From Schmidtea polychroa (Eukaryota), in the NCBI GenBank assembly GCA_044892525.1, contig CM097885.1:16494001-16558000 (forward strand): a stretch of 64,000 nucleotides of DNA, given 5' to 3'. The notes below the pieces were generated by a model. That model did no database searches. It saw nothing but the letters and a program-made list of their open reading frames with translations, and was not told where the DNA came from. Below, in pieces: positions 1-12,960 of this stretch. Each line of letters begins with the position of its first letter. The stretch's first letter is position 1. A program made the translations under genes and the position numbers.

Positions 1-248
1 TGAATGATATTTGCACTCATTTACATATTCCAGACGCCCCCCCCATATTTTTTATAATTGATTAATTAATATACATTTTAAATATTATTCTATAGAAAAC
101 AGACAAAGGAAAAACAAAACCATCTCAAAATTGAAAATGAAATTTACAGTTACTTTGAATCTATTTTATTAATAAAACTTTTTATTAGTTATATATATAT
201 ATATTGATTTTCATAAATATAACTGGCTAATTTATGAGCTTAATTATA

Positions 249-363
249 ATTGTGTGTGTCACCGAGAGTGTAATTGTGTGTGTCACCGAGTATTTGATTG
301 TGTATGTAACCGAGAATGTAATTGTGTGTGTCACCGAGTATTTGATTGTGTATGTCATCGAAA
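249..363. repeat. 24-bp minisatellite (~5 copies, alternating variants) upstream of the HPS4-like ORF
   Basis: Units ATTGTGTGTGTCACCGAGAGTGTA / ATTGTGTGTGTCACCGAGTATTTG; this repeat explains the spurious ORF 234-419. Confidence 0.9.
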
Positions 364-482
364 GAATCCGACCTTTGACTGCAATTATCATCGATTATTT
401 CATTCAGTATCCTTCATAGTTTAATGCAATTAAATTACTTTTAAATTACAATTGTATTACTTTTTAATTATATCATAATTTA

Positions 483-1829
483 ATGTCAGAATATTTATTT
501 ATTTATGACCACAATTTACTTGATGGTAAAGAAGACTCAAATTATGATCCAGCTGATGCAATTTTATACTTTTATCCAACAACTACTTCAGTTGATTACC
601 AACATTCTTTATGTTCTCATGTCATGGGATTTTGTCAGATTTTATCGAACATTCTCAAGTCTCCTCCAAAATCATTCACTCTCGAAGGCGGTGCTCGAAT
701 TGCATGTGTCCATGAACCATATTTTGGATTGATTCAAAAATCTCGATCACGAGTTCTTACATTTGCATTGTATTCAGATTCATCTTCATCGACTCATCTC
801 CATGAGAAGTGCGTATTAATTTATGAATCATTTATATTTTATATGAAAAAGTGTTTGGCATGTGTATTTAAAAAAGGTAAATCGAAATCTAATTACTTAG
901 GAAATGTAGTTGAAAGATTAATGAATTTGATCAATCATCGTGATAAATTATCATTAATTTTTAATGCTTCACTTTATTGTGATCACGATCGAAAGGGTTC
1001 GACGCCTATTGATTCATTTTTATACCAAACAATGATCAATACTGTTGATTCTATGTGCAATCAGTCGGAAACCATGGATGTTTCCATTTTAGGAAGTTGT
1101 TTTTTCTATAAAAGGAATTTAATTTTAAATCAGTTTTCGGTGAATGTTTCAAATCTATTTAGTCTTCTAATCGACTGCATAAACAGTGATACCGATAAAA
1201 CTGGAAAAGAGATTTTTGGATTGATTAAGCGAATCCAAATTGACACCAACGAATTGCATGCAAGAGACGGCGTATTTTTATTTCAAGTCTGTGTAACAAA
1301 TAAAAGATACCAAGAATTGATTTCCACTGCCCAAAGTACTTCCAAGTTAGATAAAAAGAATTGTTGTGACAATGTTGATTTTCAATATATTCACTTGTAT
1401 CTTGAGCATCATTCGAACACAACAATAATCACATTGATTGATGAACCAGATCTGCAAAAAATCAATAAGGAACTTCTAAAAACATTCGGTAATTTATGTT
1501 TCAACGTCCTCGGTGTCATTGAAGCGCACATGGCGACCACTAAAACCAAATTGGAAGATAGATCTGACCGATTGATGAGCAGTTCTGTAAATTTGTGGAA
1601 TATTACATACGATGAAATCGACCATTCTATCAGTAAAACGAACAGTATAAATGGTACAAATATCCCCGCAGATTGGGAGGAATGGTTAATAAAAAGAGCA
1701 GATGTCCTTCATTCAAACATGGAGAAAGAAGAAACAATTAAAGAAATTCATATCAAAGTAAAGAAAGAAACTTTATCTACAGTTAGATTCGGGAATCAGC
1801 AGATTTATACGATGAAATCAACTAATTGA
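483..1829 (+). CDS. HPS4: HPS4/CCZ1-family longin-domain protein (BLOC-3 subunit HPS4-like), single exon, 448 aa
   Basis: N-terminus YLFIYD...DPADAILYFYPTTTSVDYQHSLCSHVMGFCQILSNILKSPP resembles the HPS4 start YFFLYD...[30 protein letters not shown]...SPP; GSCFFYKRNLILNQ fits a second longin domain; ORF uninterrupted. Confidence 0.7.
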   Translation: MSEYLFIYDHNLLDGKEDSNYDPADAILYFYPTTTSVDYQHSLCSHVMGFCQILSNILKSPPKSFTLEGGARIACVHEPYFGLIQKSRSRVLTFALYSDSSSSTHLHEKCVLIYESFIFYMKKCLACVFKKGKSKSNYLGNVVERLMNLINHRDKLSLIFNASLYCDHDRKGSTPIDSFLYQTMINTVDSMCNQSETMDVSILGSCFFYKRNLILNQFSVNVSNLFSLLIDCINSDTDKTGKEIFGLIKRIQIDTNELHARDGVFLFQVCVTNKRYQELISTAQSTSKLDKKNCCDNVDFQYIHLYLEHHSNTTIITLIDEPDLQKINKELLKTFGNLCFNVLGVIEAHMATTKTKLEDRSDRLMSSSVNLWNITYDEIDHSISKTNSINGTNIPADWEEWLIKRADVLHSNMEKEETIKEIHIKVKKETLSTVRFGNQQIYTMKSTN

Positions 1830-2228
1830 ATATAAGTATAATAAACATCACAAAATTATTAATAATTGAATCATTACTTAACACCAGCAAGAGTAAACGA
1901 AATATTTATACATCATATAACATTAGGGTTGATCATTTGCCTAGGACAGTCCTATATTTAGGTCCAGGAAACCCCATTTAGAATATTATCTGTTTTTAAA
2001 CTTTACATTTACAATTGTTCAGTGATGACTGATATTAGATTTATAAAAAATTGACAACTGTAAATAAAATGTAGATGAGGCACAATTTGTATGGAATATG
2101 TTATAAATTTACCTTAATAATAATGATAAATATTTCATCATAGCATTCCTCACGTAATTAAATGTAATGATAAAATTATTCATTATTAATCATTTATATA
2201 ATGTTAACATTTGATAATCTTGTCCAAC

Positions 2229-2692
2229 TATGATTGCCAACTCCCACAACCTCGAACCCGGGAGATTATAAAATTGCGAACAGTATAACGCTTAAGAAAT
2301 AATATAACAGGTGTTTTTTCACATTTTTGGATTACACATGTTAGTGAGTTTAACTATATGATGACTAATGATGACTAATACCATAAAGGTTTAAACAAAA
2401 CAATTATTTTGACATATTACATAGTACAGTTTACTTTTTTACTTTTTTGTACAGTTTTTCTTTTTTTTAAATTGTATTTTTTTGTCGTCGGGCTGACTCC
2501 AACAGCTTTGGTGATTTTAGAGAAATCAAATAAAAGTTAAAACTTCAAAAACTGCACTATTTTCTTGAAAAACTGTAAAGTATTGTAAAAACGGTAAGAC
2601 GGGAGATTTACATCTCCCGGGTCATAGTTAACCGGGAGACGAAAGCCGATTCTGGGGAGCTCTCGGCAAAAACTGGAAAGTTGGCAAGCCTA
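2229..2692. mobile_element. hAT-type MITE
   Basis: Imperfect TIRs TATGATTGCCAACT / AGTTGGCAAGCCTA; degenerate 8-bp TSD TGTCCAAC / TATTCAAC. Confidence 0.5.
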
Positions 2693-2899
2693 TATTCAAC
2701 AGTTGATCTATTAATAACAATTTTACTATTTGTTAATGAGTTCATTTATAATTTTATTTATTTTATATCTATATTTGCTAGGAAGCCCGCTCCCTCATTC
2801 ATGCTACCAAATAAAATAGCTTATCAATTCTAATAAAATTACTTCTGAATTCTGTAAAATATTATATTACATTTCCAATGAATTTTACAAGAATTTGAT

Positions 2900-3240
2900 T
2901 TTAATTAATGACAAAATTAAATGACAAAAATAAATGACAAATTTTCCGTTTTGTCCTCCAATAAATTTTCGTCTGATATTTTGTCTTCCTTTTGTGTCCG
3001 ACAGTTCTTCTGTATATAGGTTGTTTCATTTGTGGCACTAGAGATAATAAAATGTTTCCCATTTCTCTTTCTTCCGCATTTCCCGACTGTTCCCAGTTTA
3101 TCTTTGACAAGCTGTCAAGATATTCCTTTTTCCTCTTTTCTGTTTTTGGAATTTAAAATTCCTTTTCTCCTTTGTACTTATTAATTAATAATGAACTTTG
3201 TTTTGCTTTCTTGTTTTTTTGGTGTTTAACGTCGGTCTTC
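2900..3240. repeat. Partial copy of the LTR family seen as a solo LTR at 20593-21479
   Basis: Shared motifs TTTGTGGCACT, TATCTTTGACAAG, GTACTT..TAATTAATAATGA with 21150-21420. Confidence 0.6.
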
Positions 3241-4587
3241 GACATAAACATTGCGATCTTCTATCTTACGAAATAATATCATAAAAACGAAATTTTACTA
3301 ATCAAAATATTATTTAATCTCCATCTTTCTTATTAAGTTCTCGATAATATTTCTGGTGTCCCAAGGCTGTTTAGACGGTGTGCTAATATTTCTACGATGT
3401 ATTGACCACCCTTACTTCTCCGTTTTATTATAAAGAATAATTTAACATTCCCAAAAATGCTTTTATTTTTCAATGAAATCTAGTATATATTTTAAGTATC
3501 CACGGTTAATGCAAAAGTTAATTAAAATTATATCTATCACTGACTGAAAAGATAATAAAAAATTATTTGATTAGATTTTTTGTATTCAAATTTACTTTTT
3601 TATGATTAAAAGATAAAACTTTCACTTGATTCGATTCATCAGTGTTAAATGTTTGGAGATATCAGGATTTTTGAATCTCTGTCTTCATTGCAAATGCGAG
3701 ATAAGAACTTTGTTTGAACTTTTATATTTTTTGAAACATCAAATGTAAAGAAACCGGAAGGAATGATACAATTAGAGAGAAAAAGAGAAAGAAATACTTG
3801 TTAAATTTCGTATTGGAGTGAAAAGGACGTATTTTAGGTTAAAACATTTCATTTATTAAAGACTACAGAAATGGCTACCTATATGTTTATTTGAACTATG
3901 TTTTATACATAATTCCGCTATTGACAAGATAATTTTAAGTTCAGATTACAATTGTTATTTTAACCCTTTGAACCATGAGGCGTTTATTGTACAAGTAAGA
4001 CAATCCTGAGCCTCTGAATAACTTTTGAGCAAAAAAATAATATTTACATATAACAATAATTATATCAATATAACAATAATAAGTGAATTATTAATTATAA
4101 TATGTAAAAAAAATCAATTTAAACAAATAATATTAATTTATCACCAGAATTCAACTTTGAAATGATACTCTTCATAACAGTTTTCAAATCCGGAACAAAT
4201 GCAAAGGAAGACCTTATATAATATGCAACAGTATGTAAAATTACTACACCCAATTCCGAAATTTAGTAACCTCTATAATTCACGTTGGTGTGCACACCAG
4301 TTGAGGTGAAAATGAAGTTATTCAATTTCATTTATTCAATTTCTTAAAAATGGTTTTCAGGTAATTTATTTAATTTCAAGTAATTTTAAGACTTGAATTT
4401 TGATTTTATATAATTATGAGATCATTATTCAAGTTCTTAAATATTACTGTTAGTCATCATTTATAATATAATATATTAATAATTAAATTTCAGGTGTTTT
4501 TTTAGGAATTTTATGACATTTTATGAATTATTTTGGAATTATTTGGATAAAATGTAAATTAGATATATTTTTAACTAAATAAATAAA

Positions 4588-5039
4588 CTAATCATCGAAG
4601 ACATTAATTTTTTTAATGCAATTAGGAAAGAAGCGGCGTACATGGATGAAATATATTTTAAATATTTATAATATTTTTTTATTTATAAATGATTGCTTTA
4701 ATTGAAGATTTGGTCATTCCTAGTAATCTTCCAAATTCTCGGTAATTTTCCCCATTCTCAAAGGCATTAATAAGCCGAATTTTGTCATTTTCTGTATATC
4801 TATGAAAATATTAATTTATTAAAATAATTTATTTAAATTTACGATTTGCGAATTTCTTTCTGTAAATCAAAAGATCTCGAAGGACCTTCTTCAATATTTG
4901 AAATGCTGCCTTCACACATACTATAAAATATTTTAATATTTTGTAATTTAATGAATAAAACTTACATTGTATTTTCTTCTTTTTCCCTAAAGCTCAAGGT
5001 AGAGCTGTCGGAATCTAAATTAAAAGTATTTTCTTGCAT
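4588..5039 (-). pseudogene. Internally deleted, intron-containing IS630/Tc1-like transposase gene (HTH portion plus extreme C-terminus)
   Basis: Exons 5039-4966, 4920-4843 and 4799-4679 join through 45- and 43-nt GT-AG introns into a 90-aa ORF ending YTENDKIRLINAFENGENYREFGRLLGMTKSSIKAIIYK; ~4656-4588 reads IYFIHVRRFFPNCIKKINVFDD*, like the C-terminus of IS630/Tc1 transposases. Confidence 0.65.
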
Positions 5040-5482
5040 TTTTTAATAATTTTAAAATAATTATATTTTAAAAATATGTTAACAATATGTTAACAGTTAT
5101 TTATTTCGGAACAAAAACCTAAATAAGAATTTTGCATGCATTTTTCATTATGTGTTTTGTGTTGGTGTGTTCAGTTATTTTTCTCTCACCTTCACAAAAC
5201 CTATAATAAAGTTACTTAATTTCGGAACAATAAATTTCTACACACAGGTAAGTTTGTGTGTTCCTATACTATAAATTTATTGATTTTTTTTACATTATAG
5301 AAGTTATTTATAGAAGTTACGACTGCACACAACAATCTATACATATGAACACTTGCGCACTGAGTTCATGATAAAAAAGTTCTGCCCCATCCTTTCACCT
5401 CAATATGACCTCACTAATGAGTCAAAAGTATAGTCTCAGTATTTTTCTTCATGCGACCTTATTCTGGGCCGTATGTTAATGA

Positions 5483-5518
<36 letters not shown>

Positions 5519-5823
5519 AGGCTGTGATCCGACCATTAAGGTATATGCATCGCTAAATCAAGTCGGTTTATCGGCCTATAGGATTCATAGGTTAAATTCT
5601 ATTATGATTTTTAGAAAAAAATTATAATTATTTTTGAATTTTTTTTAAACTGAACATTCAAACGAATAATTTTAATTCAATAAAAAAGAAAACAAATATT
5701 CTAGATAAAAGTAACGTTTTAATAAAAGAATAAGAAAAGTTTAAAAATTTGTGAAAAAACATTTCAGGTCGTAATGTTTATCAATCGTAAGTCGACTTCA
5801 TTTTTTATTGCCATATTTAATAT

Positions 5824-6070
5824 TGTTGAGGATACCTAAGTAATAAATAATATGATAAATAAATAAAATTAACACGAACGAGACGATCTATGAGAATTCG
5901 GAGAAGAAAACTAAAGTAAAAATAAATTAGTAATGGGAAAGATAAATCAAACAAGAAATTAAAACAAAATTAATAATTACTAAAGAAGTACAAAGAGGAA
6001 AAGGAATTTAAAAGTCCAAAAACAAAAAAAAGGAGAAAATTGCATATCTTGACAAAATTGGAAAACAAAA
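5824..6070. repeat. Truncated copy of the 20593-21479 LTR family in the opposite orientation
   Basis: Begins TGTTGAGGATACCTAA, the reverse complement of the solo LTR end TTAGGTATCCTCAACA. Confidence 0.55.
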
Positions 6071-6368
6071 TTATCTCAAGTAACGCAAGTGTAACGAGCT
6101 ATAAAAGGGAAAGACTCAGAAGTCAGAAAAAGTGTAGAAAGAGGTAAGAAAGAGTTAAGACAGAGTAAAATAGAGTTAAAATGGAGTTAAAGCAGAGTTA
6201 CAGGAGATAATTTAATTACTAAAATTAGTTAGAATTTGGTAAAGTCAAAAGGTTAATTGAGAGGAAATATTTAATTGGGAGAGTGACGAGAATCTTTGGT
6301 AAAATCTAATATAAAAGTGGAAGTGGGGTAAATAATTTGTGATGGAAAGCTAATAGAGCAGTCGATTA

Positions 6369-6401
6369 ACGTACCCTGTGAGTACGTCGGTCGACGACTA
6401 G
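6369..6401 (+). mobile_element. Helitron-like 3' terminus
   Basis: Hairpin ACGTAC-CCTGTGA-GTACGT followed ~10 nt later by CTAG|T. Confidence 0.45.
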
Positions 6402-8585
6402 TGATTATTGTTATTATTATTGGCAATCATACACGGAAACCTATTCTTCACGTAAATATCGCAATAAGCCCTGTGTAAGTAGATTGGTTTTGTAATTGCA
6501 ACTTGTACAATCTATTGTGAATATTAATTAAAGTTTATCTTGTTCGAAATTGTTAATTTGTGAATCGATTAATTTAAAAATCGATTATTATTAATTTGTC
6601 AAAATTATTTTTTGTGACATCCCTAAAGATTTTGATGAATGAAAATTTATTTTATATGTTCTTTTTTAATTATTAAAATATGCTCCGAGAAGAGATGTTT
6701 TTGAATAATGTTACAACATGCTTTACAAGTACTAGAAATTATATATTTTGTATTTTATATATTGCAATACTAATAATATTTATACATATATATATTTTTG
6801 TTTATTTAATTTTTTCGCATGCCGTATCGAGTAATTTCCGTTTGAGGTTTGAGAAAAAAGAATCTGTCATCAGTTCGGTCTCGATCCATCTTAAAATAAT
6901 TAATGATTTTATATATTTTATTTAAATTTTGATAGATTTAAACAAAATGAGATAAATTTTACAGACATTATCTAAAATTTTAGAAAGTTACTGAGTTAAA
7001 TTAACAATAGTTAATCAGTTGTAAAAAAGAATTTGAAATCTTTTAATCCAATCAAAATAAAGATATAAAAAAATCAACCATAAAATACATGATTTTTGAA
7101 ACTCTTTATATTTCACTCTTTTAATTTCAACATGTTTTAGATATAATTACGTTATCTCTTTAATCCGAAGTCAATGAATAGATAAGAATTTATATTGAAA
7201 TAAGGAAATAACACTAGATTTGACATATCAATATTTTTTAAATTAATCCACTTTCGATCTGAAATTTTGATAGCATGCAGTGTTCTCGTCAACGAATCTA
7301 CCTGCCAAAGTAGGTTAATTTGGCGTCACAAAATTTGCGTGGCACATACAGACATCAGCGAAGTTAATATAGAGAGACTAAAAACAAGTAATTTTATAGA
7401 TATTCAACACAACGAACAGAAGTTATTTGACTTTCTTGACATGAGCTTCTTAACGGTATTTGATTAATGATGTTTGTCTTTGGCCATTCAAGAATTTATA
7501 TAAGAAATCATTTAATAGCTTATTTTTTCCTCATATGGTTCTCTATATTGAATAAATCACCTTATATCGAGATATCGGGATGACATCAATAAGGTCTTCG
7601 AAGAATATATATACCTTCATTTCTTTTATGACTATATATCAATACTTTAAAAATACTGATTAATATAAGATATAAAAAAATTATTTAAAAGCCCGAGAAA
7701 AAATGAAAATAAAAGAAATTAGAAATGAATAAAGTAGGCATTTAATTTATTATTTATTTCAAACTTTTAGAAAATATCTTACAAAACATCCAAACCTTTT
7801 ACTTAACTGAGATGCGAAATCGAAAAGAAACGGAGCAATATATAATAAACCAAAGGCCAAGCCAAAAATTTGTGCCGCGTTGAAAATAATTTTTCATCGT
7901 TTGTCAGAATGAAAATAAATGAAATATCAAAATAATAAAAATTAATTTTTATTAAAATATTTAAAAAATATTTTCTATAATGAAAAATCAACATGTTTTT
8001 CATTTTCCCTATTTTTTTGTTTAAATGGATTTAAATATTAATAAGAAATTAGGATTTCTCTTAATTGATTTTTTTGAAAAAATGAGTGAAATTATTTTTT
8101 GATGGAAATTTATTTTGAAATACGAAACGCGATAGCTCGAGATTCGACAAAAGACATTGAATATTTAAATGAAAAATTAGAATTCCCAACTGGTTGTTGT
8201 AACGGAAATTTTCAAATGGGAAATAATCCTAATCATTTTTTATACATATGGAAATTGTCCCAAATGATTTTTGAATGATTACTGCTGAGAACGCGATGGT
8301 GAATTTTGCACAAAATTGAATTAACTGGAGTCTTGGTTATTTGAATAGAATAAATTACATGAAACGATTTTTGTGTTGAATGTGTTCGGTTTATCAATAA
8401 TTAAAATCTCTACAAAAATGTTAATCTGGCTGCAAGTTTACATTATCAGCATCAGCAAAGAACTCCCAAAAATATATTAAAATTTATTGAATACTACAAT
8501 TACAATTTGGTTTCCACTTAATTGATTACAACTACATAGAATGAAATAAACAGTACAAGCTTTGTGATACCCAGTGCAAATCCCA

Positions 8586-8627
8586 ATAGTAGACTAGTTT
8601 CGAGCTTTTGGCTCTCATCAGTACTAT
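8586..8627 (-). ncRNA. Minimal type I hammerhead ribozyme (intact)
   Basis: Minus strand AUAGUA-CUGAUGA-GAGC-CAAAA-GCUC-GAAAC-UA-GUC^UACUAU: full core, 6-bp stem I, 4-bp stem II, palindromic ACUAGU stem III. Confidence 0.85.
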
Positions 8628-8873
8628 GCAGGAGACGCGAAGATTTCTCTTCGCGCCAGATAAGTATACAATATTGCTGATTCAACTCTATTGCATTATA
8701 TTTTTTAGTCCGCGGAGGTGATTATGATTTTTCATACGCCATGTTTACAAGTTTACAGATTTTTCTGTGACCAAGCTATTTGCAAGTGATGTTATTTCCA
8801 TTGTACCGGGGAAAGTATGAAATAGAGTTGAATCAGCAATATTGTATACAATAAAGATCTTCGCGTCTCCTGA

Positions 8874-8915
8874 ATATTACTGATGAGAGCCAATAGCTCG
8901 AAACTAGTCTACTAT
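8874..8915 (+). ncRNA. Minimal type I hammerhead ribozyme
   Basis: AUAUUA-CUGAUGA-GAGC-CAAUA-GCUC-GAAAC-UA-GUC^UACUAU, one mismatch in stem I. Confidence 0.8.
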
Positions 8916-10379
8916 TGGGATTTGCACTGGGTATCACAAAGCTTGTACTGTTTATTTTATTCAAGTGAGACATCCGACAAAAAAATGTTACACCATTACA
9001 TAGAATGGTTACACCTATTCTTATAATTAAAATCACGTCCTTAATGTCAATTTTAAATTAATAATTTCTTCGAAATAATTGTTCCATTAATATATTTTCT
9101 CACCATTTGAATTTTGTTGAGTTAATATTAATATTTGGTAGGGCAGAGTTTATGATCCAACTGCTCGCGTCTCGATTATAATAAGAAACTCAACACAAGT
9201 TTCGTTTATACCACAAAATCACAACTGTTCCGATTTTTACTGACAAAATACAATGGTCTTTGCTATTAAGAGAATGTGACTCATAAAAAAACCGTATCAA
9301 GCTGAACCAATCTAGCTTAGCATCTAAAGGAGATGCCTTTCTCATTACTTCTTCTTTAATTTCCACTTTTACTAAATCGTTAGATTGGTTTATCTTTTCG
9401 ACTGGTATGCTAATTCGTCTGTTTTTTATTACTTTAAAAAGGCTCTCTTCTTGTCAATCATTTATAAATTAAATTATTCGTCCACAGATAGCCAAATTAT
9501 TTTTAATCAATTGAATTATTTTACTTTAGCTTGACTGCTATCCTCTTGTCAAGTTCGGGGATTTTGTTTATTAATTAAATTTATTCGTTTTTTAATTACT
9601 TAACGAGTTTGTTTTTATGAAATATAATTGTTTAAGGACCCCAAAACATTTTAAATTATAATATTCATATTCATCTCTTCATTTGCTACCCACTTAAATT
9701 CGTTCCTCATGAAAATTATTGATTTTTACATTTTACATTTTTCATTAATTTTTTCTGCAATTCAATTATTTTTGAATTTTGCACACAATGCTTCGAGTTT
9801 TTACCTTTATTTATGTAACCCCGCCAAAGCCTATAGTTTGAAGGTAAAAGACATTTTTGATAATGAAGGATAGCCCTTATGATGTTTTTTAATATGATTT
9901 TTATCTTTTGAGTTATTTAAAATATTCGTTCGTTCCATGTAGTCATCCCAACTGCGGTGGTTATGGAATAGTTCACTATTTGCCACTGCTGTTATTAGGG
10001 ATACTTCAATAAGGAGAATACAGTTTTAAATTAAGGAATAGATTTCTTTGCTCATATGTCGAATAAGGCTTTTTTAATTTGTTTTTATCTTGAAATATTC
10101 GTATGTCAAGGTATCATTTTATGCAGTTACATTTTTAAATTCAAAATTGACCAAACTGAACTCTGACACTTGTTCAAATGTAATGATGTCCGAAGGTTTA
10201 AGAGGAAAGATAATGGGTTTTCTTTTCCTCAATCTACATAATACGTTTACACTGACACATTATTATGTAGAGTTTTTATAAATGAAAGGATTTTATAAAT
10301 GTGGACTTAATTTCTGGGTGGTGCAAGTTATGAATGATGAGAAATGCTTCTTTTTCGAAGAGAAGAGTGTAGGATTTGT

Positions 10380-11000
10380 CTGAGAGTGTTTTTATACATT
10401 TTATCATAATGTATACCGTCTATTGTCTGTAGTGAGTCGTTGAAGTGGACAAGATCTTCTCAGGTCGGCGGGTTGAACGAAGAACATCTTGAGTAAGGAC
10501 CAGGGTTGATGAGATAGATGCTGAAATGTTTCAAGAAAAATAGTCAGCGATCACATTGTCCTTACCGAAGACATGGACGAATTTAATGTCGAAAGGTTAT
10601 AGGTATGTTATCTGACGGTGCATCCTGTTTGATGGGTCTTTCATGATGAGGCAGTGGATAAGAGGTTTTGTGATCAGTGAAGATTGTGAATTGTCTACCT
10701 TCTAGAAAAATAGCAAGTAATTATTTGTCGAATGCACTGTACTTTGACTGTGGCAGTGACGATATTTGATGCATCTGTTGTGAGGGTGAAGGGGAGGTCA
10801 TGATACGGGTAGTGAAGAGTTGTAATCTTGGCTAGACTGTCTTTGACTGTGTTGAATGCCTCATGTGCTGTTTCTGACTACTTAATGGTAGAGTTTTCCT
10901 TTCCTATTTTCAGTGCTGAAAGAGGTGCTGATATGTGTGATGCGTTTTTTATGAATCTGTGATGGAAAAGGTCCAGGAAAAGGTTCGCAACCCGTAGATG
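10380..11000 (-). pseudogene. Heavily decayed Ty3/gypsy pol fragment (RNase H/integrase start)
   Basis: Minus-strand peptide remnants AFNTVKDSLA, LTTDASN, NVIADYF separated by frameshifts. Confidence 0.55.
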
Positions 11001-11270
11001 AGAGTATGTGGGTTCAAGGAATCAAATATCCCAATACGTTTATGTTACAACTAATCAAATAAAAAATGATAATCGATTATAGACAATTTAATTGACAATA
11101 TATAGTAAGCCTACCAAAGGTTCATTTATCCATCCATATTCCTGGTTTACGGTTTGTGGTTCACAGTATTTTTCCTGTGGACTCAACTCATTCCATTTGA
11201 ACAACTTTATAAACCTCTCTGTAGGAATAAGTCATTTTTTTTAAATAAATAAATTGTATAAATAGTTATG

Positions 11271-11318
11271 AGTAGATGGATTGGGGCCCCTGATCTAGCG
11301 GGCCCCAATCCATCTACT
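11271..11318. repeat. Perfect 19-bp inverted repeat with a 10-nt spacer (possible minimal MITE)
   Basis: AGTAGATGGATTGGGGCCC ... GGGCCCCAATCCATCTACT. Confidence 0.85.
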
Positions 11319-12856
11319 GTTATGATATTTTATTATTATTGGTGTTTAAATAATTGATTCTTGACACTTTTATAAAATAACTGTAAATTGTAATAAATAA
11401 ACTTATGGCAGAAATCAGAACTTTTAAAAATGATTTGAATTTAACTATCAACCACGCCAAGAATAAAAATATCAACACAGTTTCAAAGCAACTAAATCGC
11501 TTACCAAAATCATGCCAAAATATTCATGGACTAAACATTCGAAGAAATGAAGGACGATGACCAAAAGAAATAGAAGAATGGATCAGAGACATTGAATAAT
11601 GACTATTGACAAATTAAAAGCGATTGACAAGGTAAGAAATTTTGGGGAAACGTCAGTGAAACCGAAACAACAGACGCAAAATCCGTTCACAATTGCAAAA
11701 TCTAAGAATTTGCTGGTCTGGAACCAGAAAATGATGAACGATTTACTGCATTTGAAATTCAATTATGGAAAGCTTTAAATGAAGTTCTGATTTCCATCAT
11801 CAGGAAGAGACGAATATCCCATATGGGAATCAGTGCGATACTCGGAAATCTATCACGGACGACAAGAGCAATTCCCAAGCTAACATTTAGAAATGAGATA
11901 ATTTCAAATGATTCAGAGAAGAGGCTGCTAACAGTTTCTATAAAGAATATAGCAAAAAAGTCTGTTTAATTAAAGTATAGGGCAACCACATTCACCAGAT
12001 CTAAAATTAACAATAGGTAATTGATTTTACTGTGATGAAAAGAGACATAGAATATATGAGTACTCATTCGGAAATACCTAATATGTGGCAAAGATTAGGT
12101 TCCGAGACTGTTTTTCAATACGAAAAGAGGTGTCCCGTTGATATCAAAGAATAGCGTACATAGAAGAATAATAAAAAACTGAAAGATGAGATTAAATGGA
12201 GAACAATAAGGCTTTCAGGATGAATCACAACTATAGAGAAAATAGATACAATGTTCTTGAGAAAGATATTACGATGAGTGAAGACAGAAAGAATATCTGC
12301 AACTCTATGAGTTTTATATCGTAGGTGGAGTCAAGACAATAGATTGCGATATGAGTATTGAGCGACAAAGACAAGAAGCAGATGAAAGGATGTATCAAGT
12401 AAAAGATGGAAAAAATCAAAATAAATTAAGGTTGAATAATACAGAAGTATATATGTTATGGGATTCTGGAGCGTCAGTAATAGTCATGAGCAAGAATTTA
12501 TGGAAGAAATAGGCAAACCAAACCTTCAATGTAGTGCTACACTATTATGTAGAGTGAACTCAAACGTCAATTCAACCAAATGCAAAAGAACCGATTTGTT
12601 GAAATTTGTACAATGGTTTCAAGGAGAAAAAACTTATTTCTTGCAAAACTAAACTAATGCAATGCGGATATATTACTTTTATTGTTTAAGATTTTTAATA
12701 AATATGTCAAAAATAAAACTCTTTTTATTATGGCTGTAAATATCACAAAATAATGGATATTATTAATTTTGACATGGCACTACAGTTATTTTAGTGTGGT
12801 CGCTTAATCCACTTAGTCCATTTAAAATAACGCGATATTTAGAATATATTATTATT

Positions 12857-12960
12857 ATTCCCACTATTCCCAATTCCCATTATTCCCAATTCCCACTATT
12901 CCCAATTCCCACTATTCCCAATTCCCACTATTCCCAATTCCCATTATTCCCAATTCCCAC
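12857..12960. repeat. ATTCCCA(CT/TT) tandem array, continuing at 18109-18170 on the other side of the LTR element
   Basis: Alternating 7/9-bp units; inverted arrays at 18574-18602 and 18686-18739. Confidence 0.9.

Larger units (their letters stand above)
8545..9000. mobile_element. Hammerhead-ribozyme repeat (retrozyme/PLE pseudo-LTR-like), inverted pair of copies
   Basis: 8545-8696 is the reverse complement of part of 8700-8960; same family at 32170-32755 and 42349-42767. Confidence 0.85.

Noticed and set aside
249..363. CRISPR-like appearance of short repeats here, at 12857-12960 and at 36230-36394
   Set aside because: No unique spacers, no cas genes, eukaryotic context
3960..5595. piggyBac-like element (TTAA|CCCTTTGAA ... 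TTCATAGG|TTAA)
   Set aside because: TIR match is short and imperfect and no transposase remnant was recognised
9260..9800. Possible decayed LINE RT tail on the minus strand; possible decayed gag at 11400-12420
   Set aside because: Only faint motif hints with many stops; cannot be supported without a search
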